Shown here in pieces: positions 1-8,374 of a stretch of 64,000 bases of DNA; the first letter of the stretch is position 1, and the number at the start of each line of letters is the position of its first letter. The notes beneath the pieces were generated by a model, which had not been told where the DNA came from, made no database searches, and worked only from the letters and a program-made list of their open reading frames with translations. Origin of the DNA: Candidatus Curtissbacteria bacterium (GTDB lineage Bacteria > Patescibacteriota > Microgenomatia > Curtissbacterales > GWA2-41-24); assembly GCA_030647775.1 (NCBI GenBank), contig JAUSJC010000010.1, positions 72,718 to 136,717 on the forward strand, in the 5' to 3' direction. Made by a program: the position numbers and the translations under genes.

Positions 1-449
1 TCAAAATTCCGCCGGACGGCAATGAGCATTGCCAGGGTTATAGGCAGGATCATAAAAATTTCCGTGAGCGCCAAATTACCCTCAATCAGGCGAAGCGATG
101 ACAATACTCCAAAAATAGCCATTGTCCAAAGCGCCCGTTTCTTGCCTAAAACTGCTAGAGCCACTTCATAAAGAACCGTTCCCGTTATTAAAACTACCGC
201 AAGGGTAACTAGCCTCAAACTGAACATTGAAACACCAAAAGCCTTAAAAATGCCCGCGTACGTCAAATAAATCATTGGCGGTTTGTTATCCCATGCCGTC
301 AGGTAAAGGGTTCCGCCAAGATTTAAATTGCGACCAACTGCCGCGAAAATTCCCTCGTCCCCGTACCAGAACGGCTCAAAAAGAGAAGGCAGCCTTAAAA
401 CAAAGATTCCAAAAAGAATCAAAGCGAAAATTATAAAATGTCTTTTCAT
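1..449 (-). CDS. GT-C/ArnT-like (family 39) membrane glycosyltransferase, 5' part (runs off window)
   Basis: Manual translation from ATG at 449: MKRHFIIFALILFGIFVLRLPSLFEPFWYGDEGIFAAVG...AWDNKPPMIY; DE and KPP motifs of GT-C enzymes. Not in the ORF track. Confidence 0.75.
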   Translation of the reverse strand, partial: MKRHFIIFALILFGIFVLRLPSLFEPFWYGDEGIFAAVGRNLNLGGTLYLTAWDNKPPMIYLTYAGIFKAFGVSMFSLRLVTLAVVLITGTVLYEVALAVLGKKRALWTMAIFGVLSSLRLIEGNLALTEIFMILPITLAMLIAVRRNF

Positions 450-522
450 TAATGTTTGAATAAATACCAATACTACCAATGACAAATCAATGATTAATAA
501 TTTAATATTTAAATATTTTTCA

Positions 523-649
523 TTTCGAGCTTGCGAGAAATAAGCTCTCTTATTGATTGGTACTTATTTCGAATATTTGAGAAACAAGCTCTCTTATTTC
601 AAGTTTACGAGAAACAAGCTCTCTTATTTGTTATTGGTACTTATTTTCG
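523..649 (+). repeat. Three tandem GAAAyAAGCTCTCTTATT units; family also at 45983-46013 and ~63965
   Basis: Units at ~537, 581 and 611; ATTGGTACTTATTT occurs twice. Confidence 0.75.
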
Positions 650-1996
650 TCATTCCCTCACATTGAGGGAAGGCCCTGGTGTCATCTGGAAAATGCGTCC
701 TGACGGAGTTGCTTCGATTGTCACTGATTTATCCTGGGCCATTGTATCCAAAAGTGCCTTGCCGGAAAATTGGATTAAACCCTCCGGTAGAACTACTATG
801 TTATTGGTAATCCCGCTGCGGTTCCGGTAATAGGTAACCTCGGCAAACGATGGCAGAACCGTCACAATCGTGTCTCCCGGAGTAATCTGTGGGACAACTT
901 TATCTCGGTAGACTTCCCGGAACGAATAAGGGCTCGAGAAAAATGTCCGAAAATCGATTAAAAGGGCCAAAATCAAAACCGCACCGATTGAAATCTTAAA
1001 AAGCACGGGCGGCAATTTCTGGCCGCTATGGACAGCCACCATCGAAAGAGGTACCGAAGCCCCAATTAAATACCGCCAGAAAAAAAGCGGCCGCAAAGGG
1101 AATTTAAATTCGTCAACCTTAAGACCGGGAAGTGAAGCTAAAATAAAAGGCACGATTGCCCAAAGCCAAATTAACATGTAGGGTTTTTCGAACTTGCGCC
1201 TGACCAAATGTTGGTATATGCCAACCAGAAGTAAACCGGCCGAAAGCCAAAAAAGCGGGAATTGAAAAGCATTCTGTTCTTCTCCGGCTAAAATTCGCAG
1301 TAAGGCCTCATAGTGAGTGCTTATGTTAATTGCCCCGATCCAGAAGCTGGCACCGGCCGACATCACTTGCTTTGCCAAAAATGGAATCCAGGGCAAATAC
1401 AAAACACCGCAGGCAATTCCCAAGCCCAGAGTCTTTACTAAAATCTTCCGGTCAAACAGCAAAACATAAAGCCCCTCGGCGAGAATCGTAAAAAACATGT
1501 AGTAATGTGTATAAATTCCAAGCGTTGAAAAAAGTACGAAAAGTATTGCGGACTTTCTCGTAAACTTCTCCGAAAGCCTCAAAAGAAAATAGACAGAACC
1601 GGTTGCCGCAAATGCAAATAGCGTGTAGTTTCTTGCTTCAAATGCGTAGCGGAAAAAGATGGGGTTAACAAAAACGGCGACTGCCGATAAAATTCCAAAT
1701 AAATGCCTGCCCTCCGAAGCCTTGGCGAAGGAGGGCCCCTTGAATAGGGAGGCTAAAAGATAAACGAGATAAATGGTTGCCAGGAAAAAAAATATCGAAA
1801 TCGAACGGGTTACAATTTCAGTCGGCGGTAAAAACTTATAAACCGCTTCGACAATCGAATAATAAGCCGGCGGATGGAAATCGGCCGCCGTTGTTTTGAG
1901 CATCTGGGAGTAGGGAAGTTGGGAGATCAAAGAAGTCCAAGCTTCATCGCCCCAAAAACCGCGCGTCAAATATGTCTGGGCAAAAACTGAAAACAT
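650..1996 (-). CDS. GT-C/PMT-like (family 39) membrane glycosyltransferase
   Basis: FWGDEAW, DFHPPAYY, EARNY and YTHY motifs; many TM segments. Confidence 0.8.
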   Translation of the reverse strand: MFSVFAQTYLTRGFWGDEAWTSLISQLPYSQMLKTTAADFHPPAYYSIVEAVYKFLPPTEIVTRSISIFFFLATIYLVYLLASLFKGPSFAKASEGRHLFGILSAVAVFVNPIFFRYAFEARNYTLFAFAATGSVYFLLRLSEKFTRKSAILFVLFSTLGIYTHYYMFFTILAEGLYVLLFDRKILVKTLGLGIACGVLYLPWIPFLAKQVMSAGASFWIGAINISTHYEALLRILAGEEQNAFQFPLFWLSAGLLLVGIYQHLVRRKFEKPYMLIWLWAIVPFILASLPGLKVDEFKFPLRPLFFWRYLIGASVPLSMVAVHSGQKLPPVLFKISIGAVLILALLIDFRTFFSSPYSFREVYRDKVVPQITPGDTIVTVLPSFAEVTYYRNRSGITNNIVVLPEGLIQFSGKALLDTMAQDKSVTIEATPSGRIFQMTPGPSLNVRE

Positions 1997-2041
1997 CTAT
2001 CCTAGTATATTTGCAAAATCGGAAATTGACAAACAGATAGA

Positions 2042-3478
2042 CTAATTTTTTTTGAGAAGATAGACGTCGCCGGAGGCAGCAACCAGCTTATAGATATTTC
2101 CGTCAACTAGCTCCCGAAATTGCCTGGTTGCTGTTTGCAAATTTCCGTTATAGAAATTCCAATTGTTTTGGCCCGGATGGAGGTCAAAAACAATATAGTC
2201 TGCGCTATGGAAGTTTGGTAATAAATAAATAAATTTCCGGTGTGAAACATGCGGCAGCAAATTATTTTGGGAGGCGAGAGATGCGTCTTTTGGTACTAGG
2301 GATAAGATTTTTCGCGTATCGGCCGTCCATGGTTCGTCCTGATAAAAGTTTTTCTTGAGTAAATTCTTAAGTGGGGCGTGAAGCAGCCCAAAAGACATTG
2401 CCTGTCCGAAAATAATAAGGGCAATAATTATTGCCGCCGCACTGCGCTTTGGGAATCTTGCCAAAAGCATCCTGGCGCCAAATATTGCCGACACACTCAT
2501 CAAAACTCCAAGCTCCGCTCCGTAGTGGTAATAAAGGGTCCAGCGGATTGGATGCATCAGGTCTAAAAATCTTGACGCAAATTGAAATAAAATAGCCGGC
2601 GCAAGCGGCAAAAACGATAAAGGGATAAAACCAAATGATAAAAAAGACCAGAAGACCGTCGAAATTTTTTCTATAGGGAATAAAAAACTTCCAAGCGCTA
2701 AAAGGGGATTTTTAAGGTATTCAAAAATTGCACCCGGTAAAGTGTCATTAGTTTGGACAAAAGAGCCGTAATGAGATTGCCCAAGCGCCGGCATAACTAC
2801 TCCGATTGCGGTCATGGACCAGGCAAGTGGGATAATTACTGTCGCCAGCGCCGTCTTAATATTTTTCGTCCTTATCCAGACATAAATGCCAATAGTCGAA
2901 ATCAAAAAACCCACGTTTTCCCTAACCGTCAAACACAAAATTAATGCCGCGAGAAAGCTACGCCAGCGCCGTTTCTCCAAAAAGAAGAAAAGCCAGGCAA
3001 GGGCAAAAGGCAACATCGCCATCTCATGAAAGTCATAAACATTGACCGATTGGATGCCGACAAAATTAAGGTACGAAAAAGCGATAACCAAAGCCAAAAC
3101 GTTTGGCAAGACCCTCCTTGCCATGAGCCAGATTGGGAAAACCGCCGCCGACAAAATCACCGCCTGAAAAATTAAAATAACTCTTTCGTTGTCCGTGAAC
3201 CAGTAAAGAGTCGATAAAGGTATCATGATCGGCCGGAATCTGTCCGCCAGGTCAAAAAGGAAAGTGACGGTAGAAAATGGGCTTTGGAACTTGCTGTAAA
3301 GCCACAAAGCCTGGTCATAGATACTGAAATCAATTCCCTGGGATTGGAAGTGGTTGTGGCGGATAACAGCCAGTAAACTGTAAAGAGTGGAAAAAATAAG
3401 GAAAAACGCGACGATAACCCAGAAGTCGCGGCTGACCCCGCCAATTTTTTTTAAATCACTAGACCTTTTCTGTAACAC
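2042..3478 (-). CDS. DUF2079-like GT-C membrane protein
   Basis: DFSIYDQALW, YDFHE and REN motifs; polytopic. GTG start overlaps the oldest copy of the upstream gene's end. Confidence 0.7.
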   Translation of the reverse strand: MLQKRSSDLKKIGGVSRDFWVIVAFFLIFSTLYSLLAVIRHNHFQSQGIDFSIYDQALWLYSKFQSPFSTVTFLFDLADRFRPIMIPLSTLYWFTDNERVILIFQAVILSAAVFPIWLMARRVLPNVLALVIAFSYLNFVGIQSVNVYDFHEMAMLPFALAWLFFFLEKRRWRSFLAALILCLTVRENVGFLISTIGIYVWIRTKNIKTALATVIIPLAWSMTAIGVVMPALGQSHYGSFVQTNDTLPGAIFEYLKNPLLALGSFLFPIEKISTVFWSFLSFGFIPLSFLPLAPAILFQFASRFLDLMHPIRWTLYYHYGAELGVLMSVSAIFGARMLLARFPKRSAAAIIIALIIFGQAMSFGLLHAPLKNLLKKNFYQDEPWTADTRKILSLVPKDASLASQNNLLPHVSHRKFIYLLPNFHSADYIVFDLHPGQNNWNFYNGNLQTATRQFRELVDGNIYKLVAASGDVYLLKKN

Positions 3479-3676
3479 ATTAGGCCCGCAGTCCCAAGTC
3501 TCGAAAGGACGAGGACCGCAGAGTTACTTCCTTAAAAAATTTATACCTTCTCTGTAACTCTATTCGCAGAAAGGGTAACCTCCCATAAAATTTTATACTT
3601 TTTCAGTCACCCTTATTTCTTGCGTAGCAAGAAGCAGAGTAACGTCCTCTGAAAATTATACTTTCTCCGTTACTCT
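3459..3676 (-). repeat. Four synonymous copies of the (R)VTEKV* gene end separated by hairpin elements
   Basis: Copies at 3656-3676, 3593-3613, 3541-3561 and 3459-3479; TAG..CGC element at 3481-3519. Confidence 0.9.
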
Positions 3677-5143
3677 ATATTCTAAATATTTTCCAAGCAT
3701 TAACCGCGTATGGGCATCAATCCCCGGCAGTGCCGTAAAAACAAAAGTCACAACCGGCATTAAAATAAACTCTAGTGGCATTGTAATTTTACGGATTAAA
3801 CTAACATCTGCCCTCTTTGGTCTTTGTTTTAAATCCACGATTAAGATTACAAGCAGAAATCCCCAACATGCCGTCAAAATTCCAAAAGAAATTCTCGGCA
3901 AATTCTGGCCCATCACAGTTTGGGCAAAAAGCGGATTTATAAGAACTGGGATTGTCGCGCCAAGCGTTATAGCAAACCAGTTAACCGGCCAGAGGAAATG
4001 GTCCTCCAAAACCTTAGCAACCCGAACAGTCCTTCTCCAAAAAGGGATATGGGTATGGGTGAGCCACTTTTTAATAAAGTATGAATCATCCGAAACCCCC
4101 CACGCCCAGCGTTTTTCCTGCTCATACAAATTAACGAGCGATTTAAAGTAGCTAGTTGACTGGGCACAATCGGCATAAACCGGTAAAAATATCGGGTCGA
4201 CATCGACCTTACCCTCTTTAGCAAAAAAACTTTTGAAAAATATCCTGAAATCCTCTGGAATTACATCAACATCCCAATATCCAACATCATCGAGCAGCTT
4301 TAAAGAAAGTGAATACATCGAACAATTAACCAGCCGGTCAGTGCGGCTGTTTAAACCGGTTTGCCAAACAGAAGAAAGCGAACTCATAACCCGTATTGGC
4401 GCCGGAGTTTTCCAGATGTTGTTGTAAAAAAGCACAATCGGCTGCCAGAACGATAAATATCTGTGGTCGCTGGCCAAAAACTTATATGTAAGGCAAGAAA
4501 GATATTTTCCGTCAAAAATCCCGTCGGCATCTTTGGAAGTTACCGTAATGTAGTCAATGTTACGTCTCTGGCGATCTACCAAAATTTTCTTGGCAAGCTT
4601 CCCGGCGTATGCTTCGTTGGAAGATTTCCCTTTAACCTCGCCCTTGACGTCCGGATGGTATGTAACAATAAAATTGGCAAATTTGTTTTTATATTTGGAA
4701 GCTAAAACTTTTGCTTTATCACGAGCCTCTTTTCCCTCCCTGTCTTCAAATGCCAGACAAATCGAAATTTGTTTTTTCGGTATATCTTGGTTGGCTATCG
4801 AATCAACACCCTTTTCAATTGTATGTATTGGCTCTTTATAAGTCGGGATGACAACTAAATGGTGGACTTTGCCAAAATCAGGCAGTCGTTTAGCATCGGC
4901 GAGCCAGTCATATCTCTTGGCTGCGTTGAGTTTTACGTGGGATAGTACCGAAGTTACGGCCAAAGACCCGGATTTATAAAACCACAAAACGTCAAACAAA
5001 ATTATATAGTAGGCAACGTAATGGGGAATCCAAAAAGAACCCCAGACTGGAAAAAGGATCAGAGACCACGAAAAAGTCCCCGGCAAAATTTCCAGGAATC
5101 TATGGACTTGGCGGTCGTACCGTTCGACAAATTTTTTAATCAT
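3656..5143 (-). CDS. GT2 family membrane-associated glycosyltransferase
   Basis: IPTYKE, GKSSN, DAD, PED and QEKRWAWG (QxxRW) motifs. Confidence 0.85.
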   Translation of the reverse strand: MIKKFVERYDRQVHRFLEILPGTFSWSLILFPVWGSFWIPHYVAYYIILFDVLWFYKSGSLAVTSVLSHVKLNAAKRYDWLADAKRLPDFGKVHHLVVIPTYKEPIHTIEKGVDSIANQDIPKKQISICLAFEDREGKEARDKAKVLASKYKNKFANFIVTYHPDVKGEVKGKSSNEAYAGKLAKKILVDRQRRNIDYITVTSKDADGIFDGKYLSCLTYKFLASDHRYLSFWQPIVLFYNNIWKTPAPIRVMSSLSSVWQTGLNSRTDRLVNCSMYSLSLKLLDDVGYWDVDVIPEDFRIFFKSFFAKEGKVDVDPIFLPVYADCAQSTSYFKSLVNLYEQEKRWAWGVSDDSYFIKKWLTHTHIPFWRRTVRVAKVLEDHFLWPVNWFAITLGATIPVLINPLFAQTVMGQNLPRISFGILTACWGFLLVILIVDLKQRPKRADVSLIRKITMPLEFILMPVVTFVFTALPGIDAHTRLMLGKYLEYRVTEKV

Positions 5144-5967
5144 ATCCCAAACAGTTTCTTAGCATTATCACCAGTTATATCACTGATCCGGTCAAATGGA
5201 AGATTGCGAAGATCGGCCAAGAATTGAGCTGTTATTCTAACATTTTTCGGTTCATTAGTCTTGCCGCGCAGGGGAACGGGGGAAAGAAAGGGGGAATCGG
5301 TCTCCACCAAAATCCTATCCTCCGGTACCATCTTGGCAACTTGGGAAATCTGCCCGGCATTTTTGAAAGTCACAATTCCGGAAAAGGAAATGTAGAATCC
5401 TAAATCAAGCGCTTTCTTTGCTTGTTCCCAGTTGCCCGTCCAGGAATGGAATACCCCTTTTTTTGTCGATCGACCAAAAAATGGGAACAATAGCGCGAAG
5501 GTGTCATCCCAAGCATTGCGACAATGGACAATCAGAGGAAGGTCAAGCTCTTTTGCCAATTTTATTTGCGCTTCAAATAGTTCTCTCTGGGCTTTTTTCT
5601 GGTCCTCACTTGTTGCCGGACCTTGATCAGTCTTTTCTAAAAAATAATCCATCCCGCATTCACCAATCCCGACAACTTTTTTCGAAGACTGCGCGACTTT
5701 TTTTAATTCATCTATAAAATTAGGTCCGTACTTTTTAATATCTTTTGGACCTTCCTGCGCGTGTATCCCGCAAGTGGCGTAAACGTTAACAAGATCCGTC
5801 CCTTCGGCTATCTCAATCGACTTTCTACTCGCATCAATCGATGTTCCGACGTTAATGATTGTCGTCACCCCGGCCTCTTTCGCCCGAAGCAGCTCGATTT
5901 TTATATCTCGAATCATACCTGCCTTGCCGGCAGGCAGGTCCAAATGGCAATGGGTATCTGTGAGCAT
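5140..5967 (-). CDS. tatD: TatD family DNase
   Basis: DTHCHL, GIGECGMD, HCR, HSWTG and ETDSP motifs; in-frame palindrome LPAGKAG at 5918-5938. Confidence 0.92.
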   Translation of the reverse strand: MLTDTHCHLDLPAGKAGMIRDIKIELLRAKEAGVTTIINVGTSIDASRKSIEIAEGTDLVNVYATCGIHAQEGPKDIKKYGPNFIDELKKVAQSSKKVVGIGECGMDYFLEKTDQGPATSEDQKKAQRELFEAQIKLAKELDLPLIVHCRNAWDDTFALLFPFFGRSTKKGVFHSWTGNWEQAKKALDLGFYISFSGIVTFKNAGQISQVAKMVPEDRILVETDSPFLSPVPLRGKTNEPKNVRITAQFLADLRNLPFDRISDITGDNAKKLFGI

Positions 5968-5968
5968 T

Positions 5969-7420
5969 TTAAATTCTTGGAAATAGCGGTTTTTCTACGG
6001 AAATTTTCCCGGTGAATTGGGTCAAAATCACCTCACTGGTTTCCGGCAAAAACGGCCCTAGATTAAAAGCTATTTCGCGGATTTCTTGCGCTATCGGTGT
6101 AATTACTTTTTTCAATTTTGCCCCTTCCAATTCCCACGGCTTTTCTGCGTTGATCTTTTTATCAAGCACCGATATCTCTTCCCATAGACCGATCATTGCT
6201 TGATCAAACCGAAAGTTTTTAAGGTTCTCCAAAACCACTTTTTTAAAAGTAAAATTCTTTTTTTCGGGCAGAGCCAAGTTTGTGTCGCTTGCCAAACGTG
6301 CAACTCTTGCCACTAAATTCCCAATCCCATTTGCTAGTTCGCCGTTGTAAAGATCATGAAACCGGGTAAGCGAAAAATCCCCGTCACCCCAAGCGGGAAT
6401 TTCGCGAAGTAAATAAAACCTCACCGCCTCTTTCCCGAATTTTTCTACCAGTTCAAATGGGTCAATAACATTTCCAAGTGATTTGGAAATTTTTTGCCCT
6501 TCAACAGTTATATAACCATGGACAAATTCATCAGTTGGTAGTGGCAACCCGGCACTGGCCAACATCGCCGGCCAGTAAACGGCGTGGAAACGAATGATTC
6601 CCTTGCCAATAACGTGCAGGCGGTTTTTGTTATCGATCCAATATTTTTTATAAAGATCCTCATCTTTCCCCTCCGGGCCAGAGGCCCCTCCGGGCCGGCG
6701 GCCAAACCCAAGCGCCGTTAAATATGTAACCAGCGCATCAAACCAAACATACATAATCTGCGTTTCATCTCCCGGCACCGGTACACCCCACGAGTGTGCA
6801 CGCGCAACAGAACGGGAAATACTAAAATCTTCCAGTCCCTGGCGTATAAACGAAAGCACCTCGTGCTTTTTTGTTTGCGGGACAATTTTGAGTCTATCCG
6901 TCTGGATTAAATCGTCCAGATATTTTTGATAGTTGGAAAGTTTGAAAAAATAATTTTCTTCTTCAATCTCATCGATATTTGTATGTCCTTCCAGGCACTT
7001 GCCGTCGACGATTTCGCTGGGCGTATAAAACGCCTCACACCCCACACAATAAAGCCCCCGATAATTTTTCTTGTAAATATCTTCTTCCTTGCACAAGGAC
7101 CACAACTTTTGCGCTCCGGCAAAATGTTCTTTTGTCGCCGTTCGGTTGAAAACATCAAAGGTTAAATTTAAAGCGTCTTTTAGGCTTTCGAATCGATCCG
7201 CGTATTTTTTTACAAGAGCATCAGTCTTTACGCCCTCCGCTTCCGCCGCCTGTACATTCTTCAAAGAATTCTCATCACTCCCGGAAGAAAAGTAAACGTC
7301 ATACCCCGTCGCTCTATAAAATCTCGCCAGAGCATCCGTCTGCACAAACTCCAGTGCGTGTCCGACGTGCGGGTTGGCGTTAACATAAGGAATAGCGGTA
7401 GTAACATAAATTCGTTTCAT
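5969..7420 (-). CDS. metG: Methionyl-tRNA synthetase
   Basis: TTAIPYVN, HVGH, YVWFDAL and KISKS motifs. Start set to MKRIY at 7420; the longer ORF is translated repeat DNA. Confidence 0.96.
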   Translation of the reverse strand: MKRIYVTTAIPYVNANPHVGHALEFVQTDALARFYRATGYDVYFSSGSDENSLKNVQAAEAEGVKTDALVKKYADRFESLKDALNLTFDVFNRTATKEHFAGAQKLWSLCKEEDIYKKNYRGLYCVGCEAFYTPSEIVDGKCLEGHTNIDEIEEENYFFKLSNYQKYLDDLIQTDRLKIVPQTKKHEVLSFIRQGLEDFSISRSVARAHSWGVPVPGDETQIMYVWFDALVTYLTALGFGRRPGGASGPEGKDEDLYKKYWIDNKNRLHVIGKGIIRFHAVYWPAMLASAGLPLPTDEFVHGYITVEGQKISKSLGNVIDPFELVEKFGKEAVRFYLLREIPAWGDGDFSLTRFHDLYNGELANGIGNLVARVARLASDTNLALPEKKNFTFKKVVLENLKNFRFDQAMIGLWEEISVLDKKINAEKPWELEGAKLKKVITPIAQEIREIAFNLGPFLPETSEVILTQFTGKISVEKPLFPRI

Positions 7421-7429
7421 TTTTTTCTC

Positions 7430-7591
7430 GTCATCCCGAACTGACACTTGTGTCATCCCGAACTTGTTTCGGGATCTATTTTGATTCAGGATCTTTCCGA
7501 CAATTATATATTCTTCGAGTGAGTTCTGCATTGCAGAACGAATCGAGAAGTTTAGAAGTTTGAATAGTTCTCGACTTCGCTCGAACAATAA
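7430..7591. repeat. Nested GTCATCCCGAAC...GGATCT palindrome plus TTCGAG/TTCTCGAC..CTCGAACAAT palindrome cluster
   Basis: Inverted repeats read directly; same families recur at 8184-8370, 12819-12955, 17751-17855, 21639-21735, 35655-35745, 48607-48691, 52500-52640 and 63624-63714. Confidence 0.85.
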
Positions 7592-7615
7592 ATCAATAGT
7601 TGTACAATATAAGTA

Positions 7616-8182
7616 ATGCAAAAAGGTTTCATCGGTCCGACAATTGTCGTACTCATCGGCATTCTTGCCCTAGCTGGTCTAATTGGTCTTGCCTTTTACC
7701 TCGGCAAAAAATCCACCGGCCCAACAGCGACAACCCCTGTTGCCCAGCAAGATGAAACTACAAATTGGAAAACATACACAAGTCAAGTAACCCAGGTGGA
7801 ACTTAAATTGCCACAAGATTGGACAGAACGCCAAGAAGGCAAAACGCTTTTCTTGAAAGACAAGAAAAGCACGAGTGAGATTACAATTGTAAAAGATTTT
7901 GAAGGAGGTTTTGGGAGCAACTTGGAAGAGGCAAGGGATCCAAGGGAGATTACAATAGGCGGACAAAAAGCAACTATATATTATTATCACTCTGCCGACA
8001 ATTTTGCTGTTCTTCTTGGTGAATCCGGAACCCCAGTAGTAGATAGGGAGAACATATTTTCCAACATCTTTATCGAAAGAGGACAAGGAAACTATTTAAT
8101 TTTGGGAATGTGGAAGGCAACAGATCAGGATGCAGAAATATTACTTAACCAAATCCTCTCCACCTTCAAATTCACAAACTAG
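7616..8182 (+). CDS. Exported protein with pilin-like N-terminus and PsbP-like domain (paralog 1)
   Basis: MQKGF + hydrophobic helix, DETTNWKTY, C-terminal QILSTFKF shared with 17882 and 18698. Confidence 0.7.
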   Translation: MQKGFIGPTIVVLIGILALAGLIGLAFYLGKKSTGPTATTPVAQQDETTNWKTYTSQVTQVELKLPQDWTERQEGKTLFLKDKKSTSEITIVKDFEGGFGSNLEEARDPREITIGGQKATIYYYHSADNFAVLLGESGTPVVDRENIFSNIFIERGQGNYLILGMWKATDQDAEILLNQILSTFKFTN

Positions 8183-8374
8183 TTAGTTCTCGACTCATTC
8201 CGTCGAGCCAGACTCGACCCCATTCGCTCGAATAATAATCATATACCCGTTTTTTTGACGATCGCAAATTTTTTGGGTATTTCAGATTCTAAAACAAGTC
8301 CAGAATGACACACTCTTAAGTCATCCTCGCGAAAGCGAGGACCTGGATTCTCGATCAGGTCGAGAATGACTATG

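Noticed and set aside
3520-3676. Mini-CRISPR interpretation of the ~42-bp units
   Set aside because: The units vary at codon third positions and match the gene end; there is no constant repeat with unique spacers.
7421-7621. N-terminal extensions of metG (also 12797-12847, 40370-40549, 59483-59518)
   Set aside because: They run through palindromic repeats, promoters or the opposite gene; downstream starts fit better.
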